Below, one piece after another: positions 11,166-26,098 of a stretch of DNA of 64,000 bases. How positions within the stretch are numbered: position 1 is the stretch's first letter; each line of letters starts with the position of its first letter. The DNA is taken from contig NIVC01001049.1 of assembly GCA_002269645.1 (NCBI GenBank), positions 124,001 to 188,000 on the forward strand, read 5' to 3'. The translations under genes were made by a program, and so were the position numbers. Below the pieces are notes generated by a model. The model ran no database searches. It was not told the origin of the DNA and worked only from the letters and a program-made list of their open reading frames with translations. Source of the DNA: Macrostomum lignano (Eukaryota).

Positions 11166-11882
11166 TAGTGATGGATCAAAATTATTTTTCAAATCAAAAT
11201 TGAAATTTTTGGTTCTTTAGAATCAAAATTGAAATTGAAATTGAAATTTTTTAGCTTAACAAATTTTTACTTTTTTGCTAATCATGCAAAAAGGTTAACA
11301 CCTTGCCTTTGCATGTATGAGCTTACATGTTGTATAAAAAGTATCTTTGATATGTTTAAACCAGAATACTTAAGATTCAACTTACTTTAAAAATATGAAA
11401 TAGAAAATGCTGGTGTACTGTGTATTATACACTCGTATATAGAAATATAATAGAAGTTGTATTATACTTCACCACTGTTTAAGCTGAAGATCTAGATATG
11501 AGTAGCCTATATCCATTTCATTAAGGCTTTAAGTCTTTAGCCAATTAAAATCCACGCCAATGAGTTTAGCCAGTGGGCTTGTAGAGGTTGAGGTGGGTGC
11601 AGCACAAGGCCTGGAACAGTGTGTGCCTTGCATAATATTTCTTGTAGAAAAGGCAATTCTCACCTCCCCACTGAGTCTTTAAACCGCACCTCCTTTCATT
11701 TCCTATAGATTTTCTTTCTCATGTAGCATGATCATCAATGTCTAAATTGTTAAAATATAACCAAAACTTTGAAATGATTTTTGATTAATAGTGTCAAAAT
11801 TCAAAATTGAAATTATTTTAATGCAAAATTAGTTTCAAAATTCGGAATATCAAAATTGACATCGAATTTTGATCCATCACTA
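11166..11882. mobile_element. hAT-like non-autonomous element
   Basis: TIRs TAGTGATGGATCAAAATT / AATTTTGATCCATCACTA; TSD CTTTCTAT (11158-11165) / CTTTCTAC (11883-11890); repeated CAAAATTGAAATT subterminal motifs. Confidence 0.8.
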
Positions 11883-14181
11883 CTTTCTACATTCTATATG
11901 TTGGGTACTCTAGGTAGATACTTATTCTCATGCTATCCTAGTTTGACTTGGCAATTAACTCATGTTATAACTATATGATTTAGATTTACAAATGAAAAGT
12001 TATAAAAACTATAATGTATTTTCTTTCATTTGAAAAAAACTTTGCCTTTAAAATCAATTTAAACTTTGAAAAACAGGAAAATGCAATTAGAAATAAAAGC
12101 AAAATATACTTGCTCAAGAAAGTGTATTTAGAAGCTAAAATAGTAAAAATTGCATGCAAATGAAAGCAGGCAGTTTAAAAAAATAGTTAAACTTTGCTAA
12201 ATGAAATGCATTTAAAAACACACTTTATTATGCTTTCAAAGATATGCCTAAAACTTATGAAGTTGAAATCTGTGAGGGCAGATATCCACAAAATTTCTGG
12301 GTTAGACAACATTAAAACATTTTAGAGTTTGTCATTATATATTTTTCTAATAAGTGTTACTTTTATTGCATAAAAACCAAAATGGTTTCATCTAAAAGCA
12401 TGACTTTAATATTTAATTAGTCTACCTTAAAATATTTTTTTAATTTGTTAGGCTTAATTTTCTTGCTATCTTATTTTTGTAGAATTACCCCTTAGCTAAC
12501 TTGCAAAAGTCAACTTTTTAATGTTTATCTCCTTTCATAATTTATCTAACTAGGGACTTCAGTGAGTTATAAGAAGTGCGTGCCAATGGCAAAAAAGTAA
12601 GAAAAAAGTCCAATTTTTCAAGGGCGATTTTAAAGAAACTATAGAAGCCAGGATGAAAGTAAAATATGCATTTAAAAGGTAAAAAGGAGCTCTTTCAAAT
12701 GACACCAACTGCAAGTCTAGCTTTGTTATACTTTTTGCACTGTCTATTTTTAAAGTTGACCATTTTTTAGGAGGAATATAAAATTGAAGCCAAAATGAAT
12801 AAAAAAACAGTGGTTCAGAAAATGCTTTTTCTTAGCTGCAATGTGTTTCTTATAATGGAAACAAAGGTTTTATAGTGTAAAGGGATAATTTAGAAACATT
12901 TTTCTGGTGTTAAAAAAAATTTTTTTTTCTTTTAATGCCCATATGGCTCTATGCAAAATTTCAAATTCAAAATTTTCCATGAAATCCTTTTCCTGCATTG
13001 TTTCTCTTTATATTTTTCATTACCTATTGAAAATACAAGCACAGTAAAAAAAACCGCTTGCCAATAGCTATAGGCGCAAAAATTTTGTGGAGGTTTCTTT
13101 TTTTGATACGTTTACATGTAAAATACCCATTGAAACGTGTATTTCGTGTTTTTTGTGAGACTCTGCCTTCCGGCAAACTAGTTCTCTGTGTCATTTAACT
13201 AATTCTGCTATGCTGAACACGATAGACAAAACCGTTTTTTAATAAACCCATGCGCAAAGCCTGTACAGCACATTACATTGCAGTTGGGGTGTCTGTCATG
13301 CATTAAAAATTTAGGGCAAGAAGTAGAATAGTATTATAGTAGGTAAAAACCTGAACAAAATGACACTAGCCTTGTATAAATTAAGCAAGCAGAACAGATG
13401 CTATTGTATTTTTAAAATTGCAATCATTGCGTATCTGGTTAAAATAGTCAAAATTTCATACACCCATCCTGTTTCAATTAGCTTAGCAACTTGGGCATAT
13501 AAAATAATATTAAAATATATAATTCATACAATTAACACTAAAAAACTGAACAAAATGACACCAAGCACAGTCATTTTGGTTGGCTAGAAAATTAATTACA
13601 AGTGTTCAAAGACAAAAAGCCAACTTTTTGGCCAAAAATGATCACAAACCGTAATGTAAAAATTCCATTGGCTAAAGGCACAAATCGGGGTTACTAAAAT
13701 AGCTGTAGTTTCCTTATTACTCAACCAAATCACTAAAGTTTGGCCATTTTGGAAATGGGAAAGTAAGATCTATCTAGTGAAATAGCAGCCTATAACAATT
13801 TCTGAAATTTAATTTTCTCACTGAAGTGCCTAATCTAACTGCTGCTTCCAAAGTAAAGTATACTAATGTTATACCTTGTTGTAGTATTGTTAATGTTAGA
13901 CCCTAAAAAGCCTATCTTAAGCTAATAAGCCTAAGGCCAAACATAAATATAATATAAAGAATAAAGTTTAAATGTTAATGCCAAGATGATACAAAAGTCA
14001 AAGATAAAATGCAATAGGAAAATATCATGAGGCTAGATTCATAAAATTTATATATTTTTAAATATAATAAAAACTGACTTCAAAACAAGAAAAGTCTTAT
14101 TATTATTTTACTAAAGCTAAAGGTGATATAGGGCCTATAACAAAATAATATTTAAATTAAGAAAAGATTCTATTAACATAC

Positions 14182-14431
14182 TGTCCTGCTGGCCTTGTCG
14201 TTCTCTCCTTGGTTTTTTCGCCCCCGATTGATCTGCTGAGTCAGTCTTAGCAGCCTGCTTCACATCTTCTGGCTTAGCGGCCTTTGGATCTTTTTTCTTC
14301 TTTTGCTTAGATTTTTCACCCTTCTCAGCCAGTGCTGCCTGGAGGATTTCATCAGGATCTTCCACGTCGTCCAGTAGGAAACCAAACTTGTTTCCAGTGA
14401 CAACGGTGTAACTACTTTCCACTTCAGTCAT
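14182..14431 (-). CDS. SERBP1: SERBP1/Vig/HABP4 family protein, exon 1
   Basis: MTEVESSYTVVTGNKFGFLLDDVEDPDEILQAA resembles the family N-terminus (V.NRF..L.DDE.DP.E.L). Donor GTATGT at 14181, phase 1 matches exon 2. Full model 1545 nt, 514 aa. Confidence 0.8.
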
Positions 14432-15843
14432 TTTAGGTGCGGCTTGTTTAGTTTTGACACATTTTCAATTGTGAAAGCTCTTGCTTGTGAGTGTTTTTTC
14501 TGCATATTTTTGCTGAAGAACGTGAAGTGTTTGAATTAGTGCTAATAGAAGTGTTTACAACAAATATAAACTTGAACTTTCGAAAAGAGATGATGCTGAA
14601 AAAAGTAATAAAAATAAATAAAACTTTAAAAAATAGTATAAGAAAACAAAAAATACTATCAAGCAAAATAATTAAAATTCCGTAAGCTAATAAATAATCA
14701 ACTTTATTTCTTTTACCAATCAATTCTGGAGACTTTTTTGAGACTGCCGTCTAAATAAGCTCATATAAAAAAAACAAATTAAGCTTCATTGAAATCAAAT
14801 CATTGCCATTGGATGTTTTTCGGCATAATTTGGTCGATGACGTGAATAAATCAGTTGTCCATGGTTTAAAAAATGGTGTACATTTCTTATGATTTTGAAG
14901 CTATATCCTCGGATCAGGAGTGCGCGGAAGTGAATCGGGAAGCTTATGGAAAAAGGGGGGGTTAATGCTGAGGATGCTATACTGCTTATGATTCTATTAA
15001 AGGACCATTGTGTAGGGACATACGTATAAGTAGTTATCCACTAGTGACTGTGAGGATTCTATCGTAACCAGCGGACTAAAACAACAGTTGTGACAGGCAG
15101 GTTGGGAGCAACACACAGTCAACGATCCGTTCTTTCTCTCTTCGACTTCGAATTTCGTACGCCCAGGTAAGCTTTACAACATTGAACGGTTGACACACAG
15201 GCCACGGACCACACGGTGTACGTAGTATAACTGTCTGTATGACTGTATAAATCTGTTACTACAGCGGTCCTTCGAAACATTTCCTGTTTCTAGAAACCGG
15301 CTTCCCGCATGCCAACAGCGCATCATTTCATCAAAATGATCTAGCTTACATTTGGTCGGACCATCGATATGCATTGACATCTAAGAGCACTTAAGACAGA
15401 AATAAAAAGGTACGTTTAGCAGCTTTATGAATTATTTGACCTTTTCCTTCCCCTCCGATCGTTTAAGTCTTCTGCCAAGTAGCAGATCTCATACAGGCTG
15501 TTCGCTTTTTTGAGATTTCCAGTCAAGTTTACAGCGCTATATCCATTATGCACTATAAAATTGCTTCTGTTAATTCATATATGAATTGGGTACAGGTAGA
15601 CTGTTAAAAATTAAAGTTAAACAAACAAAACTTAGCTTTGATTGACAGCTTTTAACTCGTCCGTTCCGTTATGTACTTTTTGGTGAAGCCAAATTTGATT
15701 AAAATATTCTGTGCAATGGACACCAGGGACCAAAAATCAGAAGTCCCTGACAGAAACATGAATTCAAAAAAACTTCGAGAGAGTAAAGCGCGCGTTCTCG
15801 CTGAGGAGTCTAAAAAAAGCCCACCAGACAGCACCTTTCGGGA

Positions 15844-17668
15844 TCAGCGAGTCCAGCAGAGCCGAAGCTCCTCGGCAGACGCTGCAGCCACCGCCGGAGC
15901 CTTCGCAACCGTCAAGGCGGCGTCCTCACCAGCCGTAGTGCCGACTCGGACGGCGAAATTCTTGGCCAGCGCCTGCAGGCACTCGTCACCGCGCCGCCTG
16001 GCTTCGTCTGGGCCTGGCTGGGCCAGCAGCAGCTGCGCGTACAGCCGCCTGAAGTGGCCGCGGCTGCGCAAGCCCGGCCAGATCAGCCGCAGGTCCAGCT
16101 GTGGCGGCGGCGGCGGCGGCGGCGGCGTTGGCGGTGTCCTGGGGGCCTCTAGCTGCAACTGTTGCTGCTCGCGAAGCTGCTGCTGCACCTTCTCTGTAAT
16201 TGCAGCCGGAATCCGTGGGCATTCACACAGTCACTGACCGGAATCCGTGGGCATTCACACAGTCACTGACCGGAATCCGTGGGCATTCACACAGTCACTG
16301 ACCGGAATCCGTGGGCATTCACACAGTCACTGACCGGAATCCGTGGGCATTCACACAGTCACTGACCGGAATCCGTGGGCATTCACACACTGACCGGAAT
16401 CCATGGGCTTTCACACAGTCACTGACCGGAATCCGTGGGCATTCACACACTGACCGGAATCCGTGGGCTTTCACACAGTCACTGACTGGAATCCGTGGAC
16501 ATTCACACAGTCACTGACCGGAATCCGTGGGCATTCACACACTGACTGGAATCCGTGGGCATTCACACAGTCACTGACCGGAATCCGTGGGCATTCACAC
16601 ACTGACCAGAATCCATGGGCATTCACACAGTCACTGACCGGAATCCGTGGGCATTCACACACTGACCGGAATCCGTGGGCTTTCACACAGTCACTGACCG
16701 GAATCCGTGGGCATTCACACACTGACCGGAATCCGTGGGCTTTCACACAGTCACTGACCGGAATCCGTGGGCATTCACACAGTCACTGACCGGAATCCGT
16801 GGGCATTCACACACTGACCGGAATCCGTGGGCTTTCACACAGTCACTGACTGGAATCCGTGGGCATTCACACAGTCACTGACCGGAATCCGTGAGCATTC
16901 ACACACTGACCAGAATCCGTGGGCATTCACACAGTCACTGACCGGAATCCGTGGGCATTCACACACTGACCGGAATCCGTGGGCATTCACACAGTCACTG
17001 ACAGGAATCCGTGGGCATTCACACAGTCACTGATCGGAATCCGTGGGCATTCACACACTGATCAGAATCTGTGGGCATTCACACACTGATCGGAATCTGT
17101 GTGCATTCACACAGTCACTGACCGGAATCCGTGGGCAATCACACAGTCACTGACAGGAATCCGTGGGCAATCACACAGTCACTGACAGGAATCCGTGGGC
17201 ATTCACACAGTCACTGACAGGAATCCGTGGGCATTCACAGAGTCACTGACCGGAATCAGTGGGCATTCACACAGTGGATGAGGATGAGTGTATCAACACA
17301 AGGTGAGCAATCAGCCCCTCTCACTCACTGGACTTGTACTTAATCGCCTGCTCAAAGCCAACCTGCTTGTTCAGCTGGATCTTTCGCATCACAGCCTCCA
17401 GCAGGCGGCTGTCGGCCTCGCGAGTCTCCCGGGCCTGGTCCCGCTGGACCAGCGCCAGCTGCCGCACCTCCGCGGTCTGCCGCCGCAGCCGCTGCTCCGC
17501 CGCCTCCCGCTCCGCCGCCAGCCGCTGCAGCCGCAGCTCCAGCAGCGCATTCTCCTTGTGCCGCCTGGCGCGCTCCTTGTAGAACCGGGACCGCTCGGCC
17601 CGGCTCAGCACCTCCTGGCACCGAGGCAGCTGGCGGCGGCGCGCCTCCGACAATGCTGATGACGTCAT
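15844..17668 (-). CDS. Uncharacterised coiled-coil protein, 2 coding exons (17668-17329, 16193-15844), ~229 aa
   Basis: TTTCAG just upstream of the ATG; donor GTGAGT at 17328; acceptor TACAG at 16194; phase 1 matches; GC-rich codon usage; E/R/Q/L-rich heptad-like segment and a poly-Pro tract. Upstream exons possible. Confidence 0.6.
16207..17277. repeat. 32/28-bp minisatellite (CCGGAATCCGTGGGCATTCACACAGTCACTGA) filling an intron
   Basis: Visible array; the 28-bp variant lacks AGTC. Confidence 0.95.
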
Positions 17669-17729
17669 TGGTGACTGAAATTGGCGGAACTTGCTGAGAC
17701 TAAAACTCCAACCCTTACAGTATACCCAA

Positions 17730-17990
17730 CCCCAACCCACTGCTTACTCAACCCAACTCACTGCCTACCCAACCCAACCCACCCAACCCACTGCCTACCC
17801 AACCCAACCCACCCAACCCACTGCCTACCCAACCCAACCCACCCAACCCACTGCCTACCCAAACCAACCCACCCAACCCACTGCCTACCCAACCCAACCC
17901 ACCCAACCCACTGCCTACCCAACCCAACCCACCCAATCCACTGCCTACCCAACCCAACCCACTGCCTACCCAACCCAACCCACTGCCTAC
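17730..17990. repeat. ~30-bp C-rich minisatellite (CTGCCTACCCAACCCAACCCACCCAACCCA)
   Basis: Visible array. Confidence 0.9.
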
Positions 17991-18511
17991 CTGGTTGCAG
18001 GCGGCCTCCGTGTGCTGCTGTAGGCCAAGGTTCGAATGCCTTCACGAAAAGCAAACAAACCCGATATTAACAAGACAAGAATTCCACAGCAACTCTGTAT
18101 TTATTACCCACAGCTCAGCGGCAATTATCTGCTCACAAGTCTGGCTGGGCCAGGCAACCCCGCTGTGAGCACTGGGGCGTTGAGAAGTCGCTCGAGCATG
18201 GCTGGAGGCGCGCAGAAGACAATTTTATTAATTAGTTCGTCTGCAGTAATATCTGAGCACCGAGCCACCCACGGGGACTCGAGAACAGGGCAGTAATGAA
18301 GCACTAATACCCCTCGAAAATTGACACACAACTGGACTGACCAGATCATGTCTTAGTACTCAACTTTGAAGCTTCAGGTTCCCCTAATCCCTAAAACCAG
18401 CAAGTAAAACTGGTAATTCCTAAAGTTGCAATAAAGCCAGCCTATACAGGTTATAAAATCTAAGAAAACAGCCAAAATAACTTTCTTCAAAAACTTTCCA
18501 AAGAAACGACA

Positions 18512-19808
18512 TCCTGAGAATCATTTCTAGTCAGCCCTGAGAATCGTCTGTAGTCAGCCCTGAGAATCGTCTCTAATCAGCCTTGAGAATCATCTCTAAT
18601 CAGCCCTGAGAATCATCTCTAATCAGCCTTGAGAATCATCTCTAATCAGCCTTAAGAATCATCTCTAATCAGCCCTGAGAATCGTCTCTAATCAGCCTTG
18701 AGAATCATCTCTAATCAGCCCTGAGAATCATCTCTAATCAGCCTTGAGAATCATCTCTAATCAGCCTTAAGAATCGTCTCTAATCACCATTGAGAATCAT
18801 CTCTAATCAGCCCTGAGAATCATCTCTAATCAGCCTTAAGAATCGTCTCTAATCAACCCTAAGAATCGTCTCTAATCACCATTGAGAATCGTCTCTAATC
18901 AGCCCTGAGAATCGTCTCTAATCAGCCTTGAGAATCGTCTCTAATCACCATTGAGAATCGTCTCTAATCAGCCCTGAGAATCGTCTCTAATCAGCCTTGA
19001 GAATCGTCTCTAATCACCATTGAGAATCGTCTCTAATCAGCCCTGCGAATCGTCTCTAATCAGCCTTGAGAATCATCTCTAATCAGCCTTGAGAATCGTC
19101 TCTAATCAGCCTTGAGAATCATCTCTAATCAGCCTTGAGAATCGTCTCTAATTAGCCCTGAGAATCATCTCTAATCAGCCTTGAGAATCGTCTCTAATCA
19201 GCCTTGAGAATCGTCTCTAATCAGCATTGAGAATCGTCTCTAATCAGCCTTGAGAATCCTCTCTAATCAGCCTTGAGAATCGTCTCTAATCAGCCTTGAG
19301 AATCGTCTCTAATCAGCCTTGAGAATCGTCTCTAATCAGCCCTAAGAATCATCTCTAATCAGCATTGAGAATCGTCTCTAATCAACCATAAGAATAATCT
19401 CTAATCAGCATTGAGAATCGTCTCTAATCAGCATTGAGAATCGTCTCTAATCAGCCCTGAGAATCGTCTCTAATCAGCCATAAGAATCGTCTTTAATCAG
19501 CATTGAGAATCGTCTCTAATCAGCCCTGAGAATCGTCTCTATTCAGCCCTGAGAATCATCTCTAATCAGCATTGAGAATCGTCTCTAATCACCATTGAGA
19601 ATCGTCTCTAATCAGCCCTAAGAATCATCTCTAGTCAGCCCTAAGAATAATCTCTAATCAGCATTGAGAATCGTCTCTAATCAGCCCTAAGAATCGTCTC
19701 TAATCAGCATTGAGAATCGTCTCTAATCAGCCCTAAGAATCGTCTCTAATCAGCATTGAGAATCGTCTCTAATCAGCCCTAAGAATCGTCTCTAGTCAGC
19801 CCCGAGAA
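18512..19808. repeat. 23-bp minisatellite (GAGAATCGTCTCTAATCAGCCCT)
   Basis: Visible array, over 50 units. Confidence 0.95.
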
Positions 19809-20290
19809 TTGCCTCAAACGCTTGTATCTCTAAAAAAGACTCTGAGCTCCCCAATTCGCAGTCAGAAGAACATAAGAACTTTATTGACGCGCTTTGTCAA
19901 GTCTGCAGCAATCTCAAGAACACTCAACACTGTGCTCAAAGGTAGTTAGCTGCTCGGGGCGCAAACAAAGGAGGTCTTGCAGACAAGCAGGTGGAGTTTC
20001 ATTTGATATTTGAGCAGCCTCAACAGCTGCAATACTGGGAACAAATTGACAGCTTGGCAGCTGGAACACCGGAGGCGCTGGCAGCCGGATTAGAAAATTG
20101 GATGATTAGTATCCCTGTGGATTCTGGAAAACTGTTCTTAATAAGCAGTCTCCCATCCCATTAGCTCTTTGGTAGCTAGTTACCGTAGCAACCAAGAATG
20201 CTTATATACTAATCCATCTGCATGAGGCCTATCTGTTTCCCGTTAATCCGAATCCCAACTGAGCTCAATCAAGTCAGCTCAAACGGAGTC

Positions 20291-23240
<2,950 letters not shown>

Positions 23241-23364
23241 CTGCGTCTGCTGGACCAGTGGGAAAGTTTTCCCCACGCTATTAACAGCTTGAGATGAGCA
23301 AATAACTTTTGTCTGACGCATCTGGAATTTTTTCTTATCTGACCTCTGACCCCCCCCTCGGCGT

Positions 23365-24280
23365 TGGCCCAGCAACTGGGGATCTGGGAGGCTGGCCCAG
23401 CAACTGGGGATCTGGGAGGCTGGCCCAGCAACTGGGGATCTGGGAGGCTGGCCAGCAACTGGGGATCTGGGAGGCTGGCCAGCAACTGAGGATCTGGGAG
23501 GCTGGCCCAGCAACTGGGGATCTGGGAGGCTGGCCCAGCAACTGGGGATCTGGGAGGCTGGCCAGCAACTGGGGATCTGGGAGGCTGGCCCAGCAACTGG
23601 GGATCTGGGAGGCTGGCCAGCAACTGGGGATCTGGGAGGCTGGCCAGCAACTGAGGATCTGAGAGGCTGGCCCAGCAACTGGGGATCTGGGAGGCTGGCC
23701 AGCAACTGAGGATCTGGGAGGCTGGCCAGCAACTGAGGATCTGGGAGGCTGGCCAGCAACTGAGGATCTGGGAGGCTGGCCCAACAACTGGGGATCTGGG
23801 AGGCTGGCCCAATGGCTGGGGATCTGGGAGGCTGGCCCTAACGGCTGGGATCTGGGAGGCTGGCCAGCAACTGAGGATCTGGGAGGCTGGCAAGACAGCT
23901 GGGGATCTGGGAGGCTGGCCCAACGGCTGGGGATCTGGGAGGCTGGCCAGCAACTGGGGATCTGGGAGGCTGGCCAGCAACTGAGGATCTGAGAGGCTGG
24001 CCCAGCAACTGGGATCTGGGAGGCTGGCCAGCAACTGAGGATCTGGGAGGCTGGCCAGCAACTGAGGATCTGGGAGGCTGGCCAGCAACTGAGGATCTGG
24101 GAGGCTGGCCCAACAACTGGGGATCTGGGAGGCTGGCCCAATGGCTGGGGATCTGGGAGGCTGGCCCTAACGGCTGGGGATCTGGGAGGCTGGCCAGCAA
24201 CTGAGGATCTGGGAGGCTGGCAAGACAGCTGGGGATCTGGGAGGCTGGCCCAACGGCTGGGGATCTGGGAGGCTGGCCTA
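23365..24280. repeat. 27/28-bp minisatellite (GGGGATCTGGGAGGCTGGCCCAGCAACT)
   Basis: Visible array. Confidence 0.95.
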
Positions 24281-24904
24281 TTTTCAATTTAGCAGTTAGA
24301 AAAGCTACGCAAACTTCCTTATCTCGCCAGTGCAGTGTATTGAAGCAAATTTTCCCTTCTTTTCGCATGCCCCGCGCTGATCAGCTTGCGGTTCATGGCA
24401 AACGCCAGAGTCAGTGATGAGCAATTGATCTGAGCAAAAGATCGGAGCAATTTTTCAGCAGTAAAATATACATGAAGAGGAACGTACTCAGAAATTCTAC
24501 TGCGAGTAGTTATGTTTAATTTGTCGGCATTCTAAAAGCATTCGGAAGCTTGAGTCTTTTATTTGAGTAGGAGTTTTGCCAGGAAAAATATCCAATATCA
24601 AGTTAGAGACTTAGAGTCCACCAGCTCAGCCTCCCGGCTTCATCCGATACGGCGGCGTCTTAGTCGATTTCAGTTTCCTGAAAGCAGATTGCGTTATACA
24701 TGCATGAAAGGGTTTAGTTCCAAGCAGGATTCCCTATTGGATTGAGATCCCCTACTAAAATTGGGATTCCCTACTAAAATTGGGGTTTGGAGTTTGGAGC
24801 CCCAAAACTAGTTGCCATAGTAACTCGGCGTCAGTGGAAAACGCGGACCCTGGTTCAATTCCGAGCGCGGCCGCATTCATTTGGGGCTTGTCGTGCGATT
24901 TAAA

Positions 24905-25540
24905 CCCGTGAGGGCCAACCCCAGCGCCCGTGGCCCCCATCCCCATCGCCCTTGTCACCACTCGGATCAACCAGTGGGTGGCTTCTAAGCACAGGGAGAG
25001 GTGGGCCAACGCCCCCGACTGCCAGCAATCCCGCGCGGCTGTCCCCTGTCCCTCCTCCGCCCTACGCAGGGCCCTGCTTGGACTCAACCTTAACCGCAGG
25101 GACATCAGGGCGGTGACCATGGCCCTCTCGGGTCATGGCTGCTTTGCCAGGCATCGTTACCTCCAGGAGAAAATCCGCAGTGAGGAATGCCCTTTCTGCC
25201 TCTCCGGTGTCGAGAATGCGGAGCACTTCATCTGTGAATGCCCCGCCTTTACTCAGGACAGGCTCACCTACCTCGGCCCAAACCCGGACCTCTCCGACGT
25301 TTTCAGGCCCGAGAATCTCTGCCAGCTCGTCCGCTACCTAAGGGCTACTGGGCGAGCGAACATCCACCTCCTGGACTCTCCGGAGGGGGACCGCGCTGCG
25401 GACGCCGGCACCACCGGAACTCCCTGCGCGACACCGCAGCACTAGCTGCCCGTGGTCGCCAGGGGTTAGCGAAATGGGCGGCAACGCCTCCTCGCTGTTT
25501 CCGGACGCTGCAGGGAGCCCCCTGCAGCTAAGTCAAGTAA
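24905..25540 (+). mobile_element. 5'-truncated non-LTR retrotransposon 3' end (C-terminal zinc knuckle; I/R1/LOA-group-like)
   Basis: ORF 24930-25445: [42 protein letters not shown] (C-x2-C..E..EH...C.CP), typical of the ORF2 C-terminus after RNase H. Ends near GCTAAGTCAAGTAAG. No RT domain present. Confidence 0.8.
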
Positions 25541-25889
25541 GCCAACCCCAGCGGAACCCCAGCGGCCAAGTCAGCGGAATGGGCAGAATCGCCTCAGCGC
25601 AAATTGTTTTTCGTTGTCGCCGAAGGCGAAACTCATTCAGAGTAGCAAAATAATTACCGAGTTAAAATTCGCCACCGCGTGGAAAAATATTCAGCGTCTA
25701 TTTCGTAGCTTGCTACTGTATGAACTACAAGTAGTATCATGCCAGGAATAAAGCAATAAATAATTATAAAACCTGTTCGGTGCGCAGCAGGGTGGGCAGA
25801 AAAGTGCAAATAGAAAGGGAAATAAAATAAGAAGTATTTGTGAGGAATAATTCTGTGGAAGAGGCGGTGGGGCTGCGGCGTGGACGGCA

Positions 25890-26019
25890 TCAGTAGAGCT
25901 CGTAGGTGGTGTGCAGGAGGTCCCGCTCGGACACTTTCTCAACATTGCCCTCCCTGGCCAGCATTCGCTGATTGTAGTCGCGGTACCAGTTCTTCCGCTG
26001 CTCGTGGAGGCCGGAGAAG

Positions 26020-26098
<79 letters not shown>

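Noticed and set aside
12540-13330. Possible old DNA transposon remnant in SERBP1 intron 1
   Set aside because: Could not define TIRs or a TSD by eye.
15125-15175. Plus-strand pyrimidine-rich start followed by CAG|GTAAGC donor (possible divergent transcript)
   Set aside because: No compatible downstream plus-strand exon identified.
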